Program-made: the position numbers and the translations under genes
DNA from: Bacteroidales bacterium
Lineage (GTDB): Bacteria; Bacteroidota; Bacteroidia; Bacteroidales; ML635J-15
Assembly: GCA_028686735.1 (NCBI GenBank)
Contig: JAQUBO010000001.1
Coordinates: 1 to 57,229, forward strand
Direction of reading: 5' to 3'
Length of the DNA: 57,229 bases
The notes under the pieces: generated by a model
The model's database searches: none
Told to the model about the DNA's origin: nothing
The model's input: the letters and a program-made list of their open reading frames with translations, nothing else
Part shown: piece by piece, positions 28,717 to 38,374 of the stretch
How the letters are laid out: each line of letters begins with the position of its first letter
How positions within the stretch are numbered: the stretch's first letter is position 1

Positions 28717-31700
28717 TTATTCTTGATATCTGCTTCCGAACCATTTTAATACCTTCTCTCCAACACCAGGGACTTTAATATGAATAATATACATCCCGTT
28801 TGCAATAAGATTACCTCTTTTGTCGGTCATATCCCACTGGTAATAAGTATTACTGTCATTTTTTGTCAATCTATTAATCAATAATCCTGAAGCATTAAAG
28901 ATTGAAATCTCACAAATTTTTGGCAGATTTATAATTCTAACATAGTTGTCGTAAGTGTAATTCCCAGAGTGGTTTCCCCAATAATATGGGTTTGGAACAA
29001 TATTGATTATATCCAGAGCTTCGTTTAGAACTTCTGAATTTGAAGTTTCTGCTTGCAAACCATGTGTTGAGAATTTAAATACTGGCAAATTATCATTTTG
29101 CGGATTTTCAACTGCAAATTCATTCATTCCTTTATGATAAGGAGTTGCTACCCTAAGTTTGATTCTTATATCACAAGCAAGAAAATCAAATTCAGGATTT
29201 TGGATTGGAATTGCACACCACATTGCCGATGCCCATGCATAACTAAGTGATGTGTTACCACTACCCGTACTTTCATATTCAAGTAGGTTGTTATAAATCC
29301 ATTGACATGAATCGTAATGTGGTGCATTATATTGTGGGTTATTAAAATTTTGATTATTCCCCATAATATAAATATAGTGCTTGCCTCCGAATAGTGGTTC
29401 ATTTGTTACATCGACTCCAGCTGAGGGATTCCACATCATGTCTGTTCCGTTTTCACTTTTTAACCATGAATCTTCGCCATAAACAATATTTAGCCTTTCA
29501 CCCGTACGTTGGTCGATTGCATATCCAGGGAACCATCCCATACCGTGAGTGGCTGAATTATCTACATTTCCATTTTTATTAATAGACGCACTCTTACGAA
29601 GAGAAAATTTATGGGCATTACCTATTGAAAGATAGTTTTGGGTAGGAACCATTTGTTCTTGAAATCCATATTCATTAGTTATCCACTCGTTTTCGTGCAT
29701 TTCGACAACACATGATCGTGTCCATTTCGATTTGTCGTTTGTAATAATTAAATCTACGCTTGATAGTGGTTCATATCTGGCGATACTCTGGAAGTTTCGT
29801 GCTTTAGTGAGTGATGGACCATATTTGTAAGAACTAGCAAATTTGTATGGTGCCCAAGTTCCTCCAATAATATTCTCAAAATATTCATTATTATCATAGC
29901 CTAATAAATCATCATAACTTTTATCTGCTCCTCCTACATTAAATTCTCCAAGTTTATTGTAATAATTACCTACTCTAATCCAGTTGTAGGCATCAAAACC
30001 ATCGCGGTTTGCAATAAAATTAAGCCATGGTTTTTCGGGATTATCGAAAATAATCTCAGCCGATAATAATCCATTTTGAAATTCGTTTTGATCTTTATAT
30101 CCTGCAAAGTTTTGAGCAGTTATATTAATTGAAAATCCCCAATCTGGAAATATTTGTTCATAATTTTGGTTGTACTTTATTGTGTTATCGCTGTAGATTG
30201 TGTCTCCAGAAGAATTGTAAATATAATAATCAAAAGGAATAAAAAACAACTCTGATAATCCGGCGGATATTGTACCGCACATTCCGGTTGAATTTGTTTC
30301 AACATTACGGAACTTGAGAGTATAATTATCAGCTGGTAAATTTAAAGGGTCAATAATTTTTATAATAATTGGTCCTTTGCCACTTTTGTATGTTCTGTTA
30401 GCTATTTTCCAAGGATAACCCGACATTATTTCTAAAAGGCTTTCATTGGTTAATTCAATTATGCAATTAGCGTTGCCATGTCCTTCTGTCATTGTAATTT
30501 CTGGTTCAAAACCATATCCTGTATTAAAAACGGTTCCGTTATTTTCTATTGTTGGGTCGTGCGGAGTTGCTGTGTATGTTTTAATATTATTTTTTCCTAA
30601 TAGATAGCAGTTTTTGTTACCATACAAATCATTTATATTATTAGTATTAAATTGTAGTGTTTTGTTTGAAGCGTAAGCTATTACAGTGTACCAATAATCC
30701 TTTTGATTTATTAAGTTGTTGTTTTCAGAAAAATAATCTTTTTCAATAACAAAACTGTGAGAAATTCCCTCGTTATTACCGTCAACTTCTAACTGAGGCT
30801 TATATTCAGATGTTTGTGCATCAAAAGAGTAGTTAACGATACTACTTAAACTATCTTTAATGTCGCATTGAAAAACTTCACGGACAAGTTCAGTATTATA
30901 CCTTTCTTTTAGTAAATCAACATTTGGGTTTTTTAGCTGGAAAACCTGATATCCTTGAAAACGGAAATACTCATCGCAAGGCGATATACTGCCATCACAT
31001 TTTATATTATAGTCTCTTTCTTTGTATTGGTTTAGATAATTGTTAGAATTTGGATTATTAGATATATGGAATATCAGTTTTTTGTTTGTTTCAATAATTT
31101 TTAGTTCTGGTGCATCTGGCCCGTTAGTAATTCTAAAGCAATTATCGAACATATTTTGAGCTATGTCATCAACTCTTTTCATTACTTCTACTGATTTATA
31201 ATTTCCTCCGTTTATAGATCTTCCATAAACAGCACTCATTGTCAGACTATTTACTGCACCAGGCTTAAATGTAACAGGTCCAGTAGAAATAACAAAACGA
31301 ACATCTCTCGGTGCATTAGGAGTAGCATCTGGTCCTAATGGTTGTTCCTCTGACCAGCCTGACATAATAACTCCATTTTGTCCATAACCGCAAATATCGC
31401 TTGTAGGATTTCCTGAGTACATAAAATTTGTAGGCACATCTGTTGAACCGTCTGAATAATGTCCAGTACCTCCATACATTACATGCGTACCATCTAACCA
31501 ACGTGATGTTAAATAATAATAATAATGTTCTTTTTCAATTGGAAAAATAGTATTTAGATTAACTCCAGTACCTTGCCCATTAAAATGTAAAAAGTTTGTA
31601 GCTCCCCATCTTTCATTGTCTATAATTCCATCTTCAAAATTTTGTCCGTTGATATTTCCATTCATTATATCCCCTAAGCTACAATTCAGCACTTTTTGGC

Positions 31701-32829
31701 CGTCAATTATTTCATAGCTGGTTTCATTATCTTGACCGTCACTATCTTTAAACAGGCCTTCGAAAAAATCTAAACCCACAGCAGGAGGTGAATTTCCATA
31801 TCCTATTATGCCTTCAGCAGTTTGATCGTAATTGTCTCCATTATATATGTAGCCAAGTCCTCTACCAACATCACAGCCAATATAGTCATCTTTTGGATAT
31901 CCAATATCTGCATCTGTCCAAAATCCAACATAAGCATCATAAAGAGTTTGCGTTGATCTATTTATTATTTCATAATTATAAAAAGTGAGATCGTTAATAG
32001 GAGTATTTGTTGCATAAGCATAAGCCATAGCTCTTATTTCTAAACCAATTATTTGACTACCTGAGTTAGTGTGTGATTTTCCTGCATCATTAAAAACAAA
32101 CCAAATTGCTTGGTCTCCTTTTAGTGATTGCTGCTTATTTCTTGGTTTTAGACAATCAATATCATCTGTAATACTGTCTTCAGGGAATTCAAAATAAGGA
32201 AAGTCTCCGTCATAGGGATTATAATATCCATCCTTGTTATTATCCCAAAAAGGGGCAAGGTACATATCGTAACCTCCTTCAGGCCCATGAGCAGGCCAAT
32301 TTAAAATAACATCTGGTATTGTATAAGAAGAGTAATTTTTTGAGTCACAATTTGGGTCTTGTTCGCACTTCCACCACATCCTAAATTCGCTAACTTCAGC
32401 CTTTGTAATACTCCATAATTTATCGTATTGCCGGCAAATATCAATACTTGTTGCACCTATGTCTGAACCAGAAACAATTAGTGGTCCGGGAGCAAAATCG
32501 ACACCGCCTTGTCTAAACATTGTAGTAGCGACTTTTATTTGATTGTTTGCATCTTTCCCTCCAATCCATATTGATCCTGCAAATAATGCATGAGCACCAC
32601 CCCCTTTAGGAACTTCATAATTTGCTCGTCCGTTTAAATCCCACCACATATCGCCAACAGAATGAATTTGAGTTCTAACATTGTTTATGTTAAGTTCTGC
32701 TGAAGTTCTGCCTTCTTCACAATTTGCCGTTAATCTTGTTGGTATTGTGTGTTTTTTATTTTGTGAGACACAAATATTAGATAGAACTAGTAATCCAATA
32801 AACGGGATAATCTTAACAACTAGTTTCAT
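28717..32829 (-). CDS. Giant Cys-rich secreted protein, paralog B, with an atypical C-terminal sorting-type domain
   Basis: 1370 aa with a signal peptide. Colinear with 34186..38370 through long identical blocks (ILNWPAHGPEGGYD, GWFPGYAID.RTGERLNIV.GEDSWL, YDSCQWIYNNLLEYE, FAVENPQNDNLP). Tail VPNPYY...YVRIINLP..CEISIFNASG...QWDM...GMYIIHIKVPGVGEKVLKWFG. Confidence 0.8.
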   Translation of the reverse strand: MKLVVKIIPFIGLLVLSNICVSQNKKHTIPTRLTANCEEGRTSAELNINNVRTQIHSVGDMWWDLNGRANYEVPKGGGAHALFAGSIWIGGKDANNQIKVATTMFRQGGVDFAPGPLIVSGSDIGATSIDICRQYDKLWSITKAEVSEFRMWWKCEQDPNCDSKNYSSYTIPDVILNWPAHGPEGGYDMYLAPFWDNNKDGYYNPYDGDFPYFEFPEDSITDDIDCLKPRNKQQSLKGDQAIWFVFNDAGKSHTNSGSQIIGLEIRAMAYAYATNTPINDLTFYNYEIINRSTQTLYDAYVGFWTDADIGYPKDDYIGCDVGRGLGYIYNGDNYDQTAEGIIGYGNSPPAVGLDFFEGLFKDSDGQDNETSYEIIDGQKVLNCSLGDIMNGNINGQNFEDGIIDNERWGATNFLHFNGQGTGVNLNTIFPIEKEHYYYYLTSRWLDGTHVMYGGTGHYSDGSTDVPTNFMYSGNPTSDICGYGQNGVIMSGWSEEQPLGPDATPNAPRDVRFVISTGPVTFKPGAVNSLTMSAVYGRSINGGNYKSVEVMKRVDDIAQNMFDNCFRITNGPDAPELKIIETNKKLIFHISNNPNSNNYLNQYKERDYNIKCDGSISPCDEYFRFQGYQVFQLKNPNVDLLKERYNTELVREVFQCDIKDSLSSIVNYSFDAQTSEYKPQLEVDGNNEGISHSFVIEKDYFSENNNLINQKDYWYTVIAYASNKTLQFNTNNINDLYGNKNCYLLGKNNIKTYTATPHDPTIENNGTVFNTGYGFEPEITMTEGHGNANCIIELTNESLLEIMSGYPWKIANRTYKSGKGPIIIKIIDPLNLPADNYTLKFRNVETNSTGMCGTISAGLSELFFIPFDYYIYNSSGDTIYSDNTIKYNQNYEQIFPDWGFSINITAQNFAGYKDQNEFQNGLLSAEIIFDNPEKPWLNFIANRDGFDAYNWIRVGNYYNKLGEFNVGGADKSYDDLLGYDNNEYFENIIGGTWAPYKFASSYKYGPSLTKARNFQSIARYEPLSSVDLIITNDKSKWTRSCVVEMHENEWITNEYGFQEQMVPTQNYLSIGNAHKFSLRKSASINKNGNVDNSATHGMGWFPGYAIDQRTGERLNIVYGEDSWLKSENGTDMMWNPSAGVDVTNEPLFGGKHYIYIMGNNQNFNNPQYNAPHYDSCQWIYNNLLEYESTGSGNTSLSYAWASAMWCAIPIQNPEFDFLACDIRIKLRVATPYHKGMNEFAVENPQNDNLPVFKFSTHGLQAETSNSEVLNEALDIINIVPNPYYWGNHSGNYTYDNYVRIINLPKICEISIFNASGLLINRLTKNDSNTYYQWDMTDKRGNLIANGMYIIHIKVPGVGEKVLKWFGSRYQE

Positions 32830-32923
32830 AATTTTAAAGTGCTTTAAGGGTTTTCGCTATAAAAGGCTAAAATTATTGACTAATGCAATATAATCATTAT
32901 TTTTCTATTTATGATGTATATAT

Positions 32924-32951
32924 AGAAAAAAAATCTGCATAAAGCAGATTT
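32924..32951 (-). terminator. Intrinsic terminator after the PorV-like gene
   Basis: AAATCTGC (32931..32938) pairs with GCAGATTT (32944..32951). On the minus strand the hairpin is followed by a T-run (plus-strand A-run 32926..32933). Confidence 0.6.
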
Positions 32952-33010
32952 TCTTTTGTATTAGTATTTTTATTACAGGTTTTTTGCACTAAATGTGCAC
33001 TATCAAATGT

Positions 33011-34159
33011 TTATAATCTGCTAGAGCCCTTATCAGAAGCTTCTCCACCTAATGTAATTCTTGCACCAAATGTATGAATACCACCAAATGGGTTTGTAAA
33101 CCTATATGAATAATCAACAGCGATTACCGATTTCTTTTCTTTATTAATTGGGACTTGCAATGTTAGACCAGCTGTTGGTCCAGTTAAAGCTGTAGCTCGG
33201 GTGGCCACATCAAAAATACCGTCTTCATAAATAAAACCACCTCTTAAAAATAAGTAGTGTTTAAATCCGTACTCTAAACCTATATGATACTGGTCTTTAG
33301 TAAACGAGTTGGACGTAAAGTTTGCAGCCACAATTAAGTTATGATCTGAATATACCTCTTCTCTTACTTCATCAATTTTAGGAGCAAGTTTAAAGTGATA
33401 TGAAATTCCTATTTTTATAAGTGAAGGCAACTCAAACTCTTGACTTCTATGTTCAATGGTCATACTTGTTCCATTTTCAGAAAAACCAGTAAAACTCATT
33501 CCGTCTCCAGAATATTTCATTGTAGTTCCAACGTTTTTCATAGTTATACCAAATCGAAAATTATCTCGATTTCTATTCCCAGCTTTGTCTCTGCCAAGCC
33601 CAGTTACATATTGGATACCAGCATCTATTGCAAATCCAGAAGAACTAACGTTAAAAATATTTTGATTAAGCATTTTAACAGTGATTCCCCCATAAATACT
33701 ATTTGAAAATTCGCGTGCATATCCTAATCCAATCACATTATAGGTAGGACTAAAAGTACCAATACCACCTTCGGGTAAATCAGCAGTAGTAATTTCGATA
33801 TCCCCCCAATTCATGTTCATCACACTAACGCCAAGCACACCCGTTTCACCAACTTTTGCAGCAAAGCCTCCACTATTGATAACAACATCAGCTCCTCCTA
33901 ACCATTGAGTATTAGTAAAAGCAAATTCTGTTTTAGGAGTAAATGCTAATCCTGCAATATTTTGATGCATTGCTTCGAGTCCACCAACACATGCTACGTT
34001 TGCATCACCCCACCCTGAGCTTCGTGCCCATGGGTTTATCAACAATTCTGATGCTCCATTAGATCCTATACGCTGCTCATTACCAGCAAAGGTTTTTGTT
34101 GATATTAAGCTTATTGAAACTGTTATCAGTATTGCTGCAATTAAATATAATTTTTTCAT
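33011..34159 (-). CDS. PorV/PorQ-family (FadL-like) outer-membrane beta-barrel
   Basis: 382 aa with a signal peptide. GASELLINPWARSSGWGDANVACVGGLEAMHQNIAGLAF resembles the PorV N-terminal signature (..LLI.P.AR..G.GDA.VA.....A...N.A..AF). Confidence 0.65.
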   Translation of the reverse strand: MKKLYLIAAILITVSISLISTKTFAGNEQRIGSNGASELLINPWARSSGWGDANVACVGGLEAMHQNIAGLAFTPKTEFAFTNTQWLGGADVVINSGGFAAKVGETGVLGVSVMNMNWGDIEITTADLPEGGIGTFSPTYNVIGLGYAREFSNSIYGGITVKMLNQNIFNVSSSGFAIDAGIQYVTGLGRDKAGNRNRDNFRFGITMKNVGTTMKYSGDGMSFTGFSENGTSMTIEHRSQEFELPSLIKIGISYHFKLAPKIDEVREEVYSDHNLIVAANFTSNSFTKDQYHIGLEYGFKHYLFLRGGFIYEDGIFDVATRATALTGPTAGLTLQVPINKEKKSVIAVDYSYRFTNPFGGIHTFGARITLGGEASDKGSSRL

Positions 34160-34185
34160 ATCTCTTTATTTATCTTATACCAATT

Positions 34186-37100
34186 TTAGAAATTATTTAA
34201 GTCAATTGGACGCAAGGCTCCAAACCATTTCACTATTTTTTCTCCCACTCCAGGTACCTCAACATGTACAATGTAAACACCACTGGCAATACTAATACCG
34301 TAAGAGTTTTTCATATCCCACTGAATAAATGTATCTGAATTGTCCTTCGCATAACGACGCACTAATCCACCACTTGCGTTAAAAATAGATATAACACATT
34401 TTCGAGGTAGATTTGTTATTCTAACATAGTTATCTAACTGCGTATTCTCATAATATGAATTACCATAATATGGATTTGGAACAACTCTTATTAAATCAAG
34501 AGCATCTACTGCTTGATCGTGGTCGTCTCTAATGGTTTTTACGTCAGAAGTATTAAATGTAAACATTGGTAAATTATCATTTTGTGGATTTTCCACAGCA
34601 AACTCTTCTTTAGCCAAATGGTAAGGTGTTGCTACTCTAATTTTAATTTTCACATCTGTTTCAAGCAACTCAAAATTTGGATTTAACATTGGTATTGCAC
34701 ACCACATTGCAGATACCCAAGCTCTATTAAGAGAAGTAGATGCAAGTCCAGTGGTTTCGTATTCTAACAAATTGTTATATATCCATTGACACGAATCATA
34801 AGCAGGTGCATTATAATATGGATTAGAGAAGTTTTGATTATTACCCATAATATAAATAAAATGTTTACCTCCAAAAAGTGGACCAGTCCTTTCTTCATAA
34901 CCGCTTGTTGGATTCCAAAGCATATCCTGTCCATTTTCGCTAGCTAACCAAGAGTCTTCGCCAAAAACGATATTCAATCTTTCACCAGTTCTTACATCAA
35001 TAGCATATCCTGGAAACCAGCCTAAACCATGTGTTCCAGAATTATCTGGATTACCATCTTTGTCAACCGATGGGCTTTTACGTAAAGCAAACTTATGAGC
35101 CCCACCTATTGACCTATAATTTTCAACTGGGCTGCTTTCTAATAAGAAACCACATTCTTCATCTTTGGCCCATTCATTTTCACAAGTTTCAACAACACAT
35201 GATCTGGTCCATTTTGATTTATCACTTGTAATAACTAAATCGACACTAGAAATTGGTTCGAATCTTAGAATATTTTGGAAATTACGTGCTCCTTTTAGAG
35301 CCAGACCATGCTCAAATGCACTAACAAAACGATAAGGTGCCCAAGTACCATTAAGTATCTTTTCAAAATACTGTTTATTATCATACTCAATAATATCATC
35401 GTAACTATCATCAGCTCCACAAGTAGTCAATTCCCCTTCTTTATTTTTATAAGTACCTAATCTAATCCAATTAAAATAATCCTGTCCGTCGCCATCTGGA
35501 AGAAAACGCAACCAAGGTTTCGTTGGATCATCAAATGTAATCGAAGCTTGAAGAAACCCGTTTTGAAAATCGTTTCGACCTTTACCGCAAGCAAAATCTT
35601 TTTGAGCAATACTAATTGAAATACCCCAATCAATAAATAATTGTTCATTTGCATGACCATATTGAACAGCAATTTCACTATCAACAACATCGCCTGCAGA
35701 GTTTATTATCTCATAATCAAAAGGTACAAACTGCGAGAGAGACAATTCCGAAGATCTAACACCGCATATACCTGTAGAATTAACAGTAACATTTTTAAAT
35801 TTTAAAGTATAAGAATCTTCTGGTACGTTTAAAGGGTCAATTATTTTAACATTAATAGGACCTTTTCCGTTTTCATAAGTTCTATTTGTTGCTTTCCAAG
35901 GCGAGCCAGACATTATTTCGTCAATACTCTCCTGAGTAAGTTCAAGTATATTATTACCATTACCATGTCCTTCTATCATAGTTATTTGGGGTCCATAACC
36001 ATAATCACCCTGAACAATAGTACCTCCATTTTCGGGATCATTAATATGTGGAATAGCTGTATAACGTTTAATATTATTACGACCAGCCAAATATGGTTTT
36101 TTCTGCCCATTAAAGGTTTCCTGAACAGACTGATTATACAACAATGACTCGTTATAACCGTAAGCAAGTACAGAATAATAGTATTCTCTATTATTAATTA
36201 AACGAGGATCGCCACCAGTGGCAAATAAGTCGTTATCAAGTATAAAAGTATGAATAATGCCTTGATTTGTTCCATTAACCTCTTCTACTGGAACATTAGC
36301 CCCAAGCTCATCAGACCAAGTATAATTTACTATCTGTGTTATATTGTCTTTAATATCACACTGAAAAGCTTCACGAACCAAAGCGTCGTTATATCTATCA
36401 GAAATACTAACAGTTGGTCTTTTGTATTGGAATACCTGATATCCTTGAAATCTATAATATTCATCACATGGATCAATATCTGGAGTACATACAATTGATG
36501 GGTCTTTTTCGATATAAGCCTCAAGATAATTATTACTACTAGGTTTATTATATATATGGAAAATTAGTTTTTTATCCATCTCAATAATATTTAATTCTGG
36601 AGCATCTGGTCCATTAAGCACACGAAAACAGTTTTCAAATAGTATTTGAGCTTTATCGTCAGCTCTACGAACCGCTTCAACTGAAGCCCAAGGTCCACCA
36701 GATGGAGCACGAGCATAAACAGCTCCGATTGTAATATCGTTTACTGCACCTGGATATAAAGTAAAAGGTCCAGCAGACTGAACAAAACGTACATCTCTAG
36801 GTGAATTAGGAGTAGATCCAGGACCTAAAGGTTCTTCTTCGGACCAACTACCTTGGGGAATACCTCCCTGTCCCCAACCACAAGGGTCTGTTGTTGGAGT
36901 GCCAGGAAACATAAAATCAGTTGGCATATTAGTGTCAGCATTACCAGAAAAATGTCCAGTACCACCATAACAAAGCTCAGTATTATCTAACCAAAACCCT
37001 GTTATATAATTATAATGTTCTCCTGCTGTTACAGGGTCAAGAGTATTAGGATTATCTCCAGTACCACTATTATTAAAATACAAAAATCTACGCATACCCC

Positions 37101-38370
37101 AACGTTCGTTATCAACAACTCCATCTTCAAAGTTAAGACCATTAATATTTCCGTTTAAGATATCTCCTTTATCACAATTTAAGACCTTAACACCATTCAC
37201 GGTATCAAAACTTGTAGAATTATCTAATCCATCAGGATCTTGATAAGGACCTTCAAAAAAGTCAATCCCAATAGCTGGAGGCTGTTCACCGTAACCTTGA
37301 ATACCGTCTGCGGTCTCATCATTATTATCTCCATTATACATATACCCTAAACCACGTAAAACATCGCAACCGCAGAAATCATCTTTAGCATACCCAAGAT
37401 CCGCATCTGTCCAAACACCAAAATAAGTTTCAAACAAAGTATATGTAGATCTATTTATAATATTATAATTATAAAAAGTCATGTCATTAAGTTCATCATT
37501 TGTTGTAAAAGCAAACGCCTGAGCTCGAATTTCCATACCAATAGAGGCACCTCCTGTTTCTGTATGGATATTACCTTTATCATTATACACCCACCATAAA
37601 GTTTCGTCTCCAAAAAGTTTTGGTGCTCTATTACGAGGTCTTAAACAATCGGGATCGTCTGTTATACCGTTATTAACAAATTCATAATACGGAAAATCGC
37701 CCATAAGAGGATTATAATAACCATCGCCATCAACATCCCAAAACGGGGCTAGGTTATAATCATAACCACCTTCTGGTCCATGAGCAGGCCAATTTAATAT
37801 AATATCAGGAATACTATAACCTGGAAACTGTTCTTCGGTGTTACACTCAGGATCTTGCGAGCAAGCATACCACTCTCTAAATTCTTTCACCATTTCCTTA
37901 GTTATAAAAAAATGTTTATCATATTCGCGACAAATATCCTGCGTAACTGTTGCAATGGCCGACCCAGAGGTAATTAGTGGACCAGGCCAGTAATCGATAC
38001 CTCTCTGACGAAATTTTTGAGCAGCTAGTTTAAGCTGCCCATTAGCATCTTTACCACCAATCCAAATAGCTCCAGCAAAAAGAGCACTAGTTGTACCATC
38101 AGCAGGAACAATATAATATGCTTTACCTTGCAAATCCCACCACATATCACCAGCAGTATGGATTAAGGCTCTAACATTGTTTACACCAAGTTCAGTAGAT
38201 GTTTGCCCTGGCTCACACAACTCAGTTGCACGCGGAGTAGGGATAGCATCAGCCTGAGCACCTTGCCACTTATCAGCTAGCATGTAATTTGATATTACGC
38301 TCAAGACCGCAATAAATAATATTCTTTTTAGGCTTTTCATATCTCGTTTATTCTTATTCATTATAATCAT
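34186..38370 (-). CDS. Giant Cys-rich secreted protein, paralog A, with an atypical C-terminal sorting-type domain
   Basis: 1394 aa in the track. The Met at 38340 (MKSLKRILFIAVLSVISNYMLA) gives the cleaner signal peptide. Tail VPNPYYGNSYYE..YVRITNLPRKCVISIFNASG...QWDM..GVYIVHVEVPGVGEKIVKWFG. Confidence 0.8.
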   Translation of the reverse strand: MIIMNKNKRDMKSLKRILFIAVLSVISNYMLADKWQGAQADAIPTPRATELCEPGQTSTELGVNNVRALIHTAGDMWWDLQGKAYYIVPADGTTSALFAGAIWIGGKDANGQLKLAAQKFRQRGIDYWPGPLITSGSAIATVTQDICREYDKHFFITKEMVKEFREWYACSQDPECNTEEQFPGYSIPDIILNWPAHGPEGGYDYNLAPFWDVDGDGYYNPLMGDFPYYEFVNNGITDDPDCLRPRNRAPKLFGDETLWWVYNDKGNIHTETGGASIGMEIRAQAFAFTTNDELNDMTFYNYNIINRSTYTLFETYFGVWTDADLGYAKDDFCGCDVLRGLGYMYNGDNNDETADGIQGYGEQPPAIGIDFFEGPYQDPDGLDNSTSFDTVNGVKVLNCDKGDILNGNINGLNFEDGVVDNERWGMRRFLYFNNSGTGDNPNTLDPVTAGEHYNYITGFWLDNTELCYGGTGHFSGNADTNMPTDFMFPGTPTTDPCGWGQGGIPQGSWSEEEPLGPGSTPNSPRDVRFVQSAGPFTLYPGAVNDITIGAVYARAPSGGPWASVEAVRRADDKAQILFENCFRVLNGPDAPELNIIEMDKKLIFHIYNKPSSNNYLEAYIEKDPSIVCTPDIDPCDEYYRFQGYQVFQYKRPTVSISDRYNDALVREAFQCDIKDNITQIVNYTWSDELGANVPVEEVNGTNQGIIHTFILDNDLFATGGDPRLINNREYYYSVLAYGYNESLLYNQSVQETFNGQKKPYLAGRNNIKRYTAIPHINDPENGGTIVQGDYGYGPQITMIEGHGNGNNILELTQESIDEIMSGSPWKATNRTYENGKGPINVKIIDPLNVPEDSYTLKFKNVTVNSTGICGVRSSELSLSQFVPFDYEIINSAGDVVDSEIAVQYGHANEQLFIDWGISISIAQKDFACGKGRNDFQNGFLQASITFDDPTKPWLRFLPDGDGQDYFNWIRLGTYKNKEGELTTCGADDSYDDIIEYDNKQYFEKILNGTWAPYRFVSAFEHGLALKGARNFQNILRFEPISSVDLVITSDKSKWTRSCVVETCENEWAKDEECGFLLESSPVENYRSIGGAHKFALRKSPSVDKDGNPDNSGTHGLGWFPGYAIDVRTGERLNIVFGEDSWLASENGQDMLWNPTSGYEERTGPLFGGKHFIYIMGNNQNFSNPYYNAPAYDSCQWIYNNLLEYETTGLASTSLNRAWVSAMWCAIPMLNPNFELLETDVKIKIRVATPYHLAKEEFAVENPQNDNLPMFTFNTSDVKTIRDDHDQAVDALDLIRVVPNPYYGNSYYENTQLDNYVRITNLPRKCVISIFNASGGLVRRYAKDNSDTFIQWDMKNSYGISIASGVYIVHVEVPGVGEKIVKWFGALRPIDLNNF

Positions 38371-38374
38371 TTAA

